Positions 1 through 15,000 of a stretch of 64,000 bases of DNA are shown here, piece after piece. Numbering within the stretch: position 1 is the stretch's first letter; every line of letters starts with the position of its first letter. The notes beneath the pieces were generated by a model. That model ran no database searches, was not told the DNA's origin, and worked only from the letters and a program-made list of their open reading frames with translations. Made by a program: the position numbers and the translations under genes. The stretch is from Candidatus Omnitrophota bacterium (lineage in GTDB: Bacteria; Omnitrophota; Gorgyraeia; Ghiorseimicrobiales; Ghiorseimicrobiaceae). The stretch is from positions 12,223-76,222 of the forward strand of contig JAUXSB010000033.1 in assembly GCA_030681595.1 (NCBI GenBank), given 5' to 3'.

Positions 1-3000
1 GGGCGGTTGTGCTTAAGTTTTTCTACCGTAGTAAGCTTGATCAAGCGCTGCTTATTCAGCGGACTTGCGCCGCTAGATACATACCCTAAAGAAGCTCTTA
101 ATAAAGGAAGATCTAAGTTGGCGTAGTAATCCCGGAGAAAATCCCTTACTCTATTCTCCGCATGGCTCATCTTTATACGCTGGATGAATAATTTAAGATA
201 ATACTCGTTTAATATATCATGGCGCGTTTCTTGGCTATCTACCTCATCCAAAACCAGCACTTCATAAATACGGGCGAATACCTCTTGAGCTATCCTGCTT
301 TCTGCGTCTTTAAAACCGCGGAGGCGCTCAAATAAAAGATTATAAGCTCCATTAAGCATAAATTCGGCAAAAGCATCTTCTTCTTTGGTAAAATTATAAA
401 GTTCGGAAAACTGCGCTAAGGCATTTATTTTTGCTTCTGACAACATACCTTCAGCGGCTGTGCCGTAAACCTTATATACCCCCGGAACACGGATAACCTT
501 GTTTATTTCCTCATTACTCATAAGAGACGTGCGTTCCGGCAGGCTATGGCTAAGAGAAGAATATAAATTATGATACATCCTGATATGGCTTAGGATATAG
601 GCATGCGTACCTATATTGTCGTAGTCTTTATCTATAAAGACTACCGGGCCGAAAGGAGTAATTATGTGCATGGCCCGCGGATTAAGCGGCGTTAATTTAT
701 ACCGCTCTACGATTTCTTCAAATTCTTGGCTTGTGCTGACCTTAACAAAAGATTCATTCCTTAGCATCGTGGTAATCCGGCTATAACAGGCAGCACCGTT
801 TGTGCCAAAGTTATCCCACTCGAGGAAATGCGGGCTTTCATCCCTGGAGTTTATAGCGCCGACTCCGCCGCTGCCTGCCCAAAGAATACCCATATTAGAA
901 TTAGAATACATCTCATCGGCGTGGGTTTGCGCCCGGGGAAACTCTTCGGAAATCCTTAAAAACAGCTCGTTAATAATTTTATTCTGCCCAGGAACTAACT
1001 CACTATCTCTGTAGGGATAAATCAATTTAAAGAAAATCTTTAAATCCGTGATATTGTTTTTATTTTTTGCCAAATACTCATTTATCGGCCAGCGCAAAAG
1101 TGCCTTGTGGGAAAAATGTCCCAGAGCTATAAATTGCTTTCTGCGGCTTTTCCAGCTGGCCGCAAAACCGGTGCAAACAGCTAAATCAGGCGTTAAAATC
1201 AGCTCGTTATCATCTACCTCCATTATCAAAAACGGGTCTGCCCCGCCCCAGGAAAGGATATAGGTTTTTACTCCACCATAGGCAGTAACTTTTATCATCT
1301 CATTTACTAGCGTTGGATAATTAAAATTTCCCTTTAGCGCAGTTACTTGCGATAAAAATGAACGTGTAAAAAATAATTCAGCCTTTCTCTTTAGAAAAAC
1401 AAAATCTTTTTCTGTCAAATCGCCTGAATTTAACTGGATATGCTTCTTAAGCCCGAAGTATGAGCCGTTTATTCTATATATGTTATTTTCGGAACTTTTT
1501 TTATCGCTTGATTTAAACGGCGAAGAAGACGCTAAAGACCCGTTAGCCTCCGGGATGGCGGATACTTCTTTCTCAACTAATTTTATTACTTTACTCAATA
1601 GAACCTTCCAGCCCTGCAAAGAATCCGCGCTTTCTAACTGGTCATCTTCTATATACAAAACATCATAAGCATTTAATAATTCTCTTAATACTGCTTTACG
1701 CCGATCTATTTCTTTGATTAAATTAGGGGGATTACTATTTTTCTCTTTTATGCTGTCCAAGCGTCTATATTCATCAAATATCTCGCTGCCAATTTTGCCA
1801 ACTTCTTCTTTAAGCGCGGCCATGCTTTTACTGGAATCTTTTTTATTTTCAGCAATAGCTTTTATTTCCAGTGTTTTCTTCTGAAGGCCGATCAGCCATC
1901 TGTCAAAATCGCCGATTTTAGCAAATTGTAATTTTCTAGCCTCTTCCCAGAGAAGTTTCAACCTAAAATCTTCCTCCTGCTTCTTTGCTTCTCGATGAAG
2001 TTTTGATTCAAATTCAACCTGTTCTCTATTTTTTATTACCCTTATGCTTATGCGCGGCATTTTTAATCCGCCCAATACGGCCATAAGTTCTTCCGCAGAG
2101 CTGCTATTTATATTGAAACTCTTAAGGATACCGGCTAAATGCTTAAGATTATTGTTAAAATTCGCGATTAAACGATGGTCAATTGTGATATTATTTAAAA
2201 AGATGTCCTCAAAATTCCGGCGATGTGAAACAAAATAATCTTTAATAATGGACACCGTAGATTCTGTTTTACGCAGGCGCTCATCAATATCTTTCATATA
2301 CCCTGCCAGAGAATACGTATATTCTCCTGTCTTCTTTACATCCATATACTTATAATCGGCGCTCATTATTGAAAAAAGCGAAAGCAGATTATAGGCTCTT
2401 TTTGCGGAAAGGTTACCGCCTTTGGCCAGTTTATATACTATCTTTGCCATAGCCATCTTCGATAGTTCGCTTAGGCTAAGAATAGCCATCAGATAATTTC
2501 TCTGCGAATAAACGCTCAATAAATTTAATTTTTCATATCGTCTTCCTATGGTATTCTCATCTTCTAAATAACATTCGCCTCCGGCTATCCTTAGCAACGT
2601 TTCATTTGTTACAGCGGGAGCCGCAAAGAACGACCTTATATCGGCCAATACCCTTTCCACTGTAACCGGCTTTATGCCTAAAATTTTGGCAATAGAGCGT
2701 ATGCTTTCACCATTATTAAGAAGCCTTAAAATCTCTATCCTTCTGCCGTATAGCTCATTCTGTTTTATGCGTAATTTTAGCCGGTATAAATCTGCGTCGG
2801 CATCAAGGAAACCTTCCTCTATGGCCTTCTTAACAATCGCAAGCGTCGACTTATTTGGGAATACCCTATCGTCCTTATCTAAATTAACCTCGAGATTCCT
2901 GGCTATCTGCCAAAAACTTTCCCTTACATTGCTTTCATCTCTTTGAGTTATAAAGGCAATCTCTTCATAATCTAAGCCGTCTTTAATAAGGCTGAGTACC

Positions 3001-6000
3001 CTATATTGCATATCGGTAAGAATAGGCCGCTGAGGCTTAAATTTTATTTTCTTATCCCACCAGATTTTATCCTCTAATCTAATGGCAAGCTCGCGACGCG
3101 CTGCTTCATCCATCCTTTGGCCTGATTTACGTTTAGGCATGCCGGTTTCTTGCAACGCCCAAGGAATAACATAATTACTTGCCCAATCCCTATGCGAGGT
3201 TAATTCATCGTCAATCTTATAAAGCGCCCACCCCAGTATGTATAACTCAAGCGCCTCAAGTTTTTCTTCGCCGATTTCTTTTCTGGTAAATACAATGAGT
3301 AAATCCTCTAAGCTTGTTTTTAATTTAATGTATTGTTTATTAACGGAAACTTTTACAACATTTACCAGTCTTTGAGTGGTTAGATGATTAACTCCGCCGG
3401 CTCTTTTAATCCCAAGCTTATCTTCTGTTTTCATAAAATAATCATAGATATGCTGCCAGGAATTCTGCGTCTGCGGCATCTTGCGCAGTTTTACAATATC
3501 ATGCAGGTCTTTGCCGCTAGCCAAATAATTAAGTATTTCCTGCTCAAGCGGAGTAAACGGGTTTACCATAAAATTTAACCCCGCCTCATTGGCTAACTGT
3601 AATAATTTTGCATTTACTTTTTCCTTGGGTATATATTTCCTGCTAACGCCTACTTTTCTGCGGAGAAATCTAAGCTCTTTTCTGTAGTCACTACTGGTTA
3701 TATTTAGCGCGCGAATAATCTCTTTTGCTTCTTTTCTTTCTCCTGCCTTAAGGCGCAATATTTCTTTCTGCAACGGGCTGAGCTCTAGCTTATTAGCAGA
3801 ATTACTCATTGTCGCCGCGTCTTCTTTTATAGGGCTGCTTCCAAATGACAAAGGATAATCTCCTTGCTTCTGCCAGCGCCTGCGCATCATTATCTCAAAT
3901 TCTCTGGCAGGTATGCGCCCGGCTGAACGCGCTACGATTATCATTTCCGTTTCTCTTGCTTTAGCGATCCGTCCTAACCTCTTCTCTATTATTCTCTTAA
4001 CAATTACTCCTTTTTTTATCAGAACATAATGGCGCACCTGGAAATCGTTATTCCTATAGGCATATTTTTTATTTATACTGCCTTTTCTAAACAGCCAATC
4101 TTCCAACAATTTCATCGTATCGAGCGAAACATCCAACTCTAATTCTTTAATTCCTTTTAAATTAATGAGTCTATTTACCAAGCTTTCAAATAACGCTAGG
4201 CTCACCTCATTTTTATTTTTCTCTTCCGTATATAAAGGACCGGCCTTTGCCGCCCTTAGGGCTACCGACATTTCAATGCCTAGATAACCTTCGATACCAT
4301 GCCCGCCAAACGCCGCCAAAACAATTTTCGGAATATGTTTTTCAAAATACGCGTCTAACTCAAGGCTGCCTGCATTAAAAGGATAGCGGCGCTTGATAAG
4401 TACCATAAGGCTCCCTTTTATATCCTCTTTTTTATAGAGTTTTACAACTATCGGCGAGGCGGAAAGCCCATTTCTGTTGATAGCGTTTTCTATCCGCTGA
4501 ATAATCTCTCCTTGTGATAAAGATTTTAAAAATATCACTCGGTAATCCTTCACTCTAAATATATTCTTTAATAATATTCTGGATAATTCTCTTCTTGTCT
4601 TATCAGTTATTTTTTCTTCTTCAATACTCCTCAGTATATTTATAGCCAACCTATCCTCTAACGCCTCCAATACGCCTTGAGATGCCGCCTCTGGGATGTT
4701 CCCGCTGTCGCTATCAGCGGTGCATCCTATGCCTATGTGTATGTATGAACCTGGCCTAGCATGAAAATCAGTGCCTACGGCAACAATTAAATCGCGCCGA
4801 AAAGCAAAATCCCCCAACCACTTTATTTGCTTATAGGTATGGGCGGGATGATAAACTTCAATTCCGTCTAACGCGGCGTATTCTTTATACATAAGTTTTA
4901 CTGCTATTTTTTCCATCAAAGATAAATCTTCTAGTTTACCCGGATGCGCCCAAACAGATGCTCCGCCGATTGCTCTTATGATTTTAAGAGTGTCTATACT
5001 TACTAATGGCTTCTCGACTTCTTTCCTTGGAGTCCTTTTACGGCTTAGATTACGCCGCAATATACGATCAACCCTCACTAAAACCTTCCTTAACTCTTTA
5101 ACTTCTTTTAAAGTCAACCACATCCTTAGATCCCTGCTGCTCATAGGCATAAAATAGTAAAGCAGATGCAGCGGCTTAGTAGCGCCTTCAACCACAGGGC
5201 CTATAAACAACTCGACTCCCGGTAAAACCTTAATTTCATTATCCAAAATCTCAGCCGCCTTTATTGCTTCATACAGCCCTTCAATACTATTATGGTCGGT
5301 TATAGAAATAGCGGCTAATCCCTTCCTCCAGGCCTCATAAACAATCTTCGTCGGTGACCAATGGCCGTCAAAAGAGAATATGCTGTGTATCTGTAAATCT
5401 ACCCTGCCCTTTAATTCAGCTGTCCTTGCCTCAAGTAAACCTTGTTCTTTTGCTGCTTTAAGCGCCGCTAACCTGCGCTCCTGTGCTTGGGGCGCGGTAG
5501 ATTTATCGTCAAGAATAGAGAGAACATCGTTTTGCTCATCCTTTATCGGTGAATTAGAAGAAGCCTTAATTATCCCCGGCCAATCCGCAAAAACTTCAAG
5601 AATTTTAACCTTATGGTGTTTTGCTGTGTCTCGTAATGAGCGTAATTTCCTATCCTTATTAAAATCCAGCTCCCATATTCCGCCGCCGATATACCTAAAA
5701 CCAGAAAGAAGCCTCTGGTAAACTTTGTGCTCATCACACTTAACATAAATTATAACTTTTTCAACGCCGTCTATCTTACCTGCATAAATAGCGGCTAAAT
5801 TCACCAGCAGCGAACCATACCCTCGCTTGCGGTATCCACGCCATATTTTTATAGGCCTATCTCCTTTTGAAGCCATAACCGGATGCCTATACATACCTCT
5901 GTAATTGTACGATGGCATAAAAGCTAAATACTTACGCGTATATCTACTGAGGCCGGAATTCCTCTCTTTTTCTACCCAGACAAACTTAACGCTATTATTT

Positions 6001-9000
6001 AAGCTTCCTACAAGATATTCATCATTATTTTCCAAAAGATAAATATTAAAATACCTTTCCTTCCCCACTTTCTTAAACCGCACGACCGATAAATTACCTG
6101 ACTTATCTCTAAGCGCTATCACTGCCTCTTCCCCATTTTTATTTATCCTATCTATAGATATATTTAACTTATCCATTCGATATCTTTTTAGTGGTGAATC
6201 GGCGTTTTGTTCCTCTTCATCTATATCTTCCGGGTTACCGTTACCATCTAACTTATCCATATAATACCCTACTAATGTACCCACCTCTTTACTATCATGA
6301 AGCATTAGATTAGTTATTATAAAATCGTCGAGCCTATCTTTATCGAGCTCAATGCCGCGGATATGATTAAATAATGCTGCTGCCTCTTTCCAATCGGAAT
6401 CTTTACGCGCCAGGCGCAACATATCATAATATTCACTTAAAGTTTTATTTTGCGGAATCTCGGTATCGCCCAAACTTAAAGCCAGTAACCCGGAAAGCAC
6501 CATCCTTAACCCATCTCGTAAATACCGCTCATCTTCCTGCCTTGAAATAGCTCTATAATCTACCGGCTCGCCGCCAAGATCATCTCGGTTGGCTTCTTCT
6601 ATCTCGATAGTTATCGGTTCTTGCTCCAAATTCAATTCAAGAACCTTTTCTCTAATGCCTGGTATCTCGGCATCAATCTCTATGGCCTTTTCAAAATTTT
6701 TAAGCGCAGCGGCATGGTCGTCTTTTTGCAAACTTTCTTTACCCAGCTGTACATAACGAAACATACTCAGGGCTTTTTTCTTTTCCTCGCTTAAATTCCG
6801 CTCAAAATTTCTCTCTACAAACCCTAAGGCTTTCAATTTATCATAAACACTCTTATCTTCTTTCAACCCGAGGAAAAAGCCTAATTGTCCAAATGTTAGA
6901 ATATTACGATATCTTTTTATAAAACTTAACTCCCCCTTTTTCCTTAATACCGATTCTTTAGATTTTCCCAACTCAAATGCTAATGTAAGCGACTCTTCAT
7001 CCATTCTCTTAATTAGTTCAGCCTCCTCCTCATAAATCCATTGATGGAGCTCAAGCGTCTCGTTAATCAATCTTCTTATATTCCTGCGCTTCATACTGTA
7101 TTCGTCTTTATTATACCCATATAATTCATACAATGATTCTAAGCCATGGTCAAAATAGACTCTGGATATATCCTCATAGAGCTTAAATAAATCAAGCAAC
7201 GCCTCTTCTGGTTTCTTAAAGTCATCGGCTAGTTTGGATAAATTCCCTTCAATTATTCCCCTCTGACAAATATTCCAAGACTCTTTATACTGCTCTGTAT
7301 CCCAACGTTTATATTCAAACCAGCTTAACCGCCTTTTAACGGCGCTTTTGTTCCATCCGGATGAAAATTTTTTCTTAAGCGCGCTGGCCAATTCATCATT
7401 TGTTAATTCTAAAAAGTTATCCCGGATAAAGACTAACGGATTTAATATTTTTTTTACTGTATTCTCGGGCCTTCTTAAAATCTCGGATAATTCCCTTATA
7501 TTCTTTACGGTAGGCTTTGAACCAAAAGGCAAGCTAGCTTTTATCCAGTGAATAAGCAGTTTTTCCCGCCAAGACCTTTTGTCTTCATGTTCCTTGATAG
7601 GTGACACGCCGGCGCCCAGAGGCTGTTTCATCGGCGAGGCGGCAGGGATATCGAAAATACGCGCCCTGAATAAAGTGCCGCTATTTTCCGCTACAAAGAC
7701 AATGAGCTGGTCAGAATTATCAAAAATAAAAGATAATCCCTCTCCCGCCCCTCCTAGAATTCCGTCTACAGGCAATAAGCTACCGCTAATAGGAAAAGGG
7801 AGGACATCATCTCTGAACTGCGAATTAACTATTGTATTAAAATGCGCAATCCCCCGCCCTTTATCTGCGGCATTAATTTCAACTACCTGTAATCCCTTTA
7901 TATTGATGAGCCTTGTTATCAATATCCCCCATTCTGTATGCATCCAGATATTTCTAGCTAATTCGGAAAAAATATTGCAGGCTTTAAGAGCCGCTTCTTT
8001 ATTAATAAATCTCTGTTTGATAAAAGAAGGCGAATTAAAAATATAGTTTTTGCCTTTACTAGAGTCGAGAAGCACTGGGCCACAGGTAAATAAATCAGAG
8101 GTAAGGGGGTCATTTTTCTGCCCTAACTGGTCATCAATTATAAGGTTCTCAACAATAGAAAATTCTTTCGTTGTATCTTTAACTAATCTGTTAAATTTAT
8201 CTCTGGTTGTAATTCCTAACAAATTCTGCCAAATTTCGAATATTTTCAGGTTGAATTTATCTTTGAATATTGTCCAAGTAGTAATATAATCCGCTATTTT
8301 GTAAGCAGTTATGAAATTCATCGGCGAAGCGGTAAAGCCAGGCTCCTTGAAACCAAATCTATAGATTCTCCCTACTTTAACCCCAAAAGAAGACGGCGAA
8401 GGAACGTCTTGCGATAATTTTGTGGCCGCGCCTGCAATAGTAAGTGCCCGCTCGAGCGTAGTTATTGCTAATCCTAAGTTCTTAGAAATAGTTTTTCCGG
8501 CAGCTATGTTATAATCAACATCCGCGCCGACATCCGCAAAGTAAATTGTGCCACCCTGGGGGTTCTTTATATTAACGATGGTTTCAACTACCTTATGATA
8601 CTGAGAAGTGGTGTTAGGGGATCTTTCTTTGGAATTTACCACGCTTAACGCAACGACGTGATCAAACTTTCCTTCAGTATCGGCTATCCCATAAATCTTT
8701 TCTTTTACCGCGTCGCTAATCATATCTACTTCTATATAGGTTATCCTGCCTCCGGAAAACCCGATTAAATCAATAAGCTCATCTGCCGCTTTTTTTATCT
8801 CTGCCAAATAATCTTTGTTTATATCAACCGCAAAGACGTCTAACCCTTTTAAGGCCGCATATATTATAAAATTACCTTGCCTTCCGCCAAAACCGGGGCC
8901 GATTTCGATAAGTTTTTCTCCCTTTCTAAGATTTAAAAGCCCAAAAACTTCTCTGTATCGAAGATTTAACTCTGCCGGGGTTATTTCTGCGCCTTCGGTT

Positions 9001-12000
9001 ATTCTTCTTAAATTCGCATAAAGTTTTCTTGTAAAAGGCGGGACATTCTCATCGTTAATATCAAAAAATATTAAGGATTCCTGCTTTTTAATTTCGTTTT
9101 CTAATAGTTTAAGGATATATGCATCATCATTTATGAATTTATCCGCCTGCGCCTTATTTAGAATTTTTTCAATTTGTTCTACAACATGCTTTAGCTTATT
9201 AACATTGGCTAAAATTATTGTTAATATATTTTCACGTGAAACATAATAGCCGGACAAATCTCCTTTTTTAATCTTTATTGCCCGGAGGCTATCTTCAAAG
9301 GCGCCCATATAACGAGGTAATCTATCTCTGATTAAATTTTTTATATTCTCATTGGTAATTCTGCCGTCAAATTCGACTATAGGTGAGGCGGCGGGTTCTC
9401 TTTTTCCTTCAACCTCATGTGCACTGCGGGAGTGCACACGGTTTATGCCTTCTGAATTCACCGGCGAAGCGGCGAAATGCTTTTCTTCGCTCGGAATAAA
9501 TAGCATAGAGTAGCCGCTATCCTGCTTAAAAATAAGCACTGCGGCAGAACCAGAAACAAGGACCCACCAGCCACGGAAGGAATCTTGTCCTGTATTAATT
9601 GCTCTCTGCCGCAGTGAAATATCCGAATTTGAAAGCGTTTTCTTATTTCCTAAAATAAAAATGAAGGGATAAATAACTTCTGCCGCGCTGATAAACGAGG
9701 CGGAAGAAGGAAGGATAAAGCTATAACTTGTAACTAATTTTTGCGGCGGGCTGTGCTCGGATAAAGAAAACCATCCAATCAGTTGATATATTGCCCCGGC
9801 GCCGGGAAATCCCCCACCAGCCACGGAGAGGTAGACTTCCCTAAAGAACGAAGCGCCGGAGACAAACGTATTTTTTAATGGAGAAGAATTACCTGTTTTA
9901 TCCCCCAAAAGCCTATTCTTATACTCATTTTCAAAGCCGGAATAATCATCATCGCAAGAACAATCTTCTCCGGCATCGAGGTCTTCTTCTGACAAGATGT
10001 CATCATATACATTAGTTTTAAATAACGGCTTAACAGCCTTCTTTTTTTCTACGCCGTTAATCTGCTTAAAGATTTGCTCCCTATACTCTTTTTTTAACTG
10101 GCATCCGACAAGATAAAACTTTATAATCTCATCTCGCTTTTTTTCTTTCAGAAACCTAATAATCTTTTCTTGTTGTTCTGCGGTTAAGATCTTTGAAACA
10201 GCTAATTCAAATACAGAGTACTTAGGTTCATATCTTTTCTTTAAATGTGCCTTAAATTTTATTAATCCGTTCTCAAGGGCAATCTGATACTGCGTAAACC
10301 TGTAAAGCCCGAACTGATATATAAGTTTATCCCTGCCAAAAATTATATTATCTTTATTTAACCCTAATCTATATTTTAGAATTTCGCGCTCTGTTTCATT
10401 TAAAGCATCTAAACTATCAAGGCCCCTGGCTAACTTGCCCTTAATTACGATAAACTCTTGGGCGCATACCCGGATAAAACCATCTATAACGTTATCAATG
10501 ATGCGCGGCGTAAGATTAAAAAACTTTTTCTTCTCTAATGCGGCAATCAGCTTCTCATGCCTATAGCCGTTTCTTATCCCTTCCTCAATAAACCTTAAAC
10601 GCAAAAGTTGCTCGTTGCGCTTAGCTATGCCTTCCATGTCATCTTGCCTAACGCTCCGGGAAAAAATAGGCAGCCTTTCTATATACAACTTCATCAATCT
10701 GTCTAGCTCAATGGCAGGAATGACCCCATAGATAAGCACATTTGTAATTACCTTTTTCTCAGCAATAGATATTTCCCTTATATCGCGAACCTGCTTCTCA
10801 TTAGAACGCTCCTCAATATAAGCCTTTAACTTATTATGGGCGTTTAAGGTTGGATTAACTTTTAAAATCCTAAGCAGGCCTTTTTCTATTCTGCGTATCC
10901 TATCACGCAACTCATGCTTTAGAGGGATTGAACGCGGCATTTTACTAAAAAACCTTGCTAAGTCATTTCTGACTAATTCTATATCCTCGCCAGATACGGT
11001 ATTTTCTTTAATATATAACTCTAACAAGATATTTACCTCCTGGTAATCTAAGCCCAAAAGGTTAACCAGTACGTCTTTTATGCTAGAGGCAAAATAATCA
11101 GAGTCTATCTTTATTTTTCCTTCGAATAAATCATTAAGTAAATAATAGTATTCTTCATAATCATACGACGCAAGCAAAATGGTTGGTATTTCTATAGAAC
11201 AGATATTATTCTTTAGGCCCCAGGCAATGCGTTTTAACGCTTCTTCAGCCGCATCTCTTCTGCCGATAATATCGTATCTCTCTGGGTGTTTTATGCCTAA
11301 TCCCTGCGGCCCTAATAAGGCATACAGCACCTCTTTATGGCTAGAGCGATGGTGCCCTATGCTGACAATCCGTAGTAAAATATGCTCAATACTCATTGTT
11401 AAATCATCCGCATTTATTTCGTAATGTTTAAAATAGTTTAAAATACTCAACTTAAACCAGAAGATAAACTGTTCAATATAATTATCAAGGTTGTCCAATG
11501 ATTTTCTGCGCTTTAAGAATTTAAGGGTGCGGGATAATTCATGTTTTATGTATTTTCTACCTGTATGGACAGCGATGGAATTATCTTTAATTATCGCTGA
11601 GCTGGAAGAGCTATGTTTGATATCAAAATCCCTGCCTTCCCAGCCGGGTTTGGTGTACCAGTAGAAGGTGAAACGTTCCGCCCAAGAAGGCAGATATGCC
11701 CTAAAGGCGCCTGCTTCATCACTCCATTCCAAGCGGACTCTGCCAAGATTATGCCAATCGCCATCTTCGCTGACTTTGGCAAATTGCACAAAACCAGGGC
11801 CATTAACTTGCACTTCCACCTGCTCAGTATCCGGATTAATCTCAATCGAATTAGCTTCGTATTCGGGAAAGGCCCAAGCCTTAGTCTTCTCTTGCGTCTT
11901 TATATTTCTGAAGAAATTAATATTTGCGCCAAAATCTACACCTGCCATCTGACTAATTTCTTCGCTGGCTTCATAGAGATTTAAAACTTGGCGGCTGTTT

Positions 12001-15000
12001 GCGCCGATTTCGATGTAAAGTTTATTCGCCAGTAAATTTTCTCCCCTTGTCAGGTGTAAACCGCGGATTTCACCGTTTGGCAAAACTTCCTCTATTAAAT
12101 AATCTTTCTCCGGGCTAATATGAAAAAATTCCGGTAGGGGTAGCCAGAAATTCTTTGTTTCCTGGTCGGTATTGTAAACCACTATACGCGGCGTAAGACT
12201 CCCTCCATCTTCTCTCGCCATATCAACATCAACCTGCACGCCATATGGCGCTTCACTTACTTCGCCTTTAACAATTTTCCATAAATAATCTTCGCGGCTG
12301 TTTGGCACCGGATAAAATGATTGGCCAAATTTACTACCGGCTATATTGCCATCTTCCTCTAATATCAAGACTTCCCTTCCATAAGGCGCAAGCACTAAAG
12401 AAACAAAACCTTCTCTAAATAATCCCTGCTTAATCTCGCGAGCTGAAATACCATGTTTCAAAACTTCACCACTTAAAATATTGCGCAGGCGATAGGCCTT
12501 ATTTTCATCTAAATCAGAGAAGAACGCGTCCGGCACGCCAAACCAGGCGTTCCTTGAGACACCGTATATATTCATATTCGCCACTACAAAAATCTTAGCC
12601 ATTTTATTCCCGGTTCTTGCGCTCCAGCCAATTGCCGCGATATCACCCAAGCGGTTATCAAATATTTCCGGCCACATCCCTCTTAACAAAGGAAGCTCAT
12701 GCTCTAATTTTTTCATAATTTCTAAAAATCTACTCTCTTTAAAGAGCGCGGGGATTCCGCCTTCCGTCTTTAAAATCATATCTACGTCTTCGGCCGATGC
12801 AAGCAGTTTATCGGGGACACTGGAAACTACTGCGCCGCGATGGCCTAAGGCATCGCGCATATCCACCCAGACAGATAAACCAAAATACGACATCGCAAAG
12901 AGGAAAATTAAATGGTTAAGGATAAACTCGTTTTGGTATTTATGGTAGTGCTTTCCAAAAAAACCAATAAAGATATCCCTGATTTTTGCCGAAATTGCCT
13001 GTTCGTCAAAATTGCTGGAGAAGCCATGATTGGCCGACCTTTTAGCTAAATAAAGCATAAACTCTAATACATTGCGGTACGTTAAGTCCCATTTGCCGGT
13101 GAGCCATTCCTCAACAAGATCATAAAGTTCTTTACGGTAGAGCCGGTCAAAGCCCACCTTTAGAGCGTAGTCGTAATGTGCCGGGTCTTCTTTTCCATAG
13201 ACTTCCGGAATGACTAATACTTCTATACCGATGAGTTTAGCCGCATCTTTTAACATAGAAATTACTTCCTGATAAAACTCGACGCGGCTATTGCTTAATT
13301 CGGGATATTCCTTAAGCAGAGAATTTAAATAGGTAATGATTTCTGATACCGAATCCATCTTTTCTGCGGTTTCAATCAATGAAGAAATAAAATTATTGTA
13401 ATCTTGCGGGGTCCTTAAGAAATCTTCCCTGCTTCTTAATTCCGGAGGCAAAAGATGGTACACGCAACTAAGCATTCCTTTTAAATGCGCGGTACTGGCA
13501 CGTTGTGCTAAGTCGCAGCGGAAAAACATCCGCGTATGGCCGGCATCTTTAAACCTTTTGGCCAGCCTTAGAAGATAATCTATGTAATATAGGCGCAATT
13601 CTTTGTTGAATAAATTGGGAAATGCCTGATCCGCATGCAAGACTTGCCCGATAAAGTTTGCCACCCAGACACGTTTATAACAATATCCATTATCATCAAA
13701 GTAACGCACGATAAAACCGCTATAATACTGCGGGTAAGTAAAGAGCCACTGGTCAATGAAGTCATTTAGTTCTTCATCGGTTAAGGAAACGCCTTTATCT
13801 CTTGCCTTTGTAAGTAGCCCATTAAGGAAAACATCACAAGAAACATTTTCCACATTTTCGCCGTTTTTGGCCCGGTTAAAGATGGCTTCAAGCCACTTAA
13901 CCTCTTCTTCTCTGACTTCTTTATGGAAGAATTTATCATAACCAAGCTCTAACACTGCTTCCGGAGCCATCCACGGGACAAAATCCCATACAATGGCAAT
14001 ACCTTTTTGCGCGGTTAATCTCAATAATTCGTCAAGGTCAGCATCATCGCCAACCACAGGATCAATTTCTACTTTCATGCTACTTTCTTCGACTCTACGA
14101 TAAAGTACCGAAAAGTTATTGCCGTAACGCGTATATAACTTCATCCCCTTACCGCGGCCATAATTAATAGTATAATGTTGTTTAATAACATAATCGTTAC
14201 CGGCATTAAGGTATATCTCGGCGCGGCCTCTTCTTATTTTAAAATATTTATTCTCCGGTCCCGTAATACCGCCTCTATGCAATTCCTTGCCTAAATCTCC
14301 TGACTCAAGCATGCCAAAAAGATAAATCACATTTCCGACTATATCGCCATCTCTAATAGCGCTAATAAGCTTTTTTAAACCATCCTTACTTTCAAACTGG
14401 CCTTTCCCGGCTTGTGCGCCGAAATCTTTTACATCCACCAAAAGCCCGAAGTCCGGCTTATCCGCGCGCCAGTACCAATTGCCATATATATCGTTTAGGG
14501 TGAAAATAAAATTCTTTAATTCCTCACTAAGGCGCGGATAATCTCGCAACTTTGCGATTAATTCGCCTATTTTTTCAAAAACAATATCATATAAACCGAT
14601 ACTGTCACTATATCTTTGCATCAAGTCCAGTAATAAAATTATTACTTCCTCATCAATTTTAGCTGTCTTCCTTAGGTCATTTAATTCTTTGTGAATGTTG
14701 AATTGGCTTATCGACTCTTCCATTTCTCTTAATGGCCGCAAGGATTCCAAAGCTTCCTCTATTCTCCTGCGCTCGCTATTGAGCCACCGGTCAGGCCTGA
14801 TATGCTCAATAAGCTTTTCAATCATCTCAAAGTTATTCTCAATAACTGATAATGCCGGTGCGTCTTTTACTAAAGACATTGCTTCGTTAAATAGCTCCGT
14901 AATACGAGGGTGTTCTTTCCTTGCCAATAGGCGCTGTTCCCTGCCGTCGTTAAGCTCAATATAGCGGCTTTGTTTTAACTCACGTCCGGATACCGGATAA

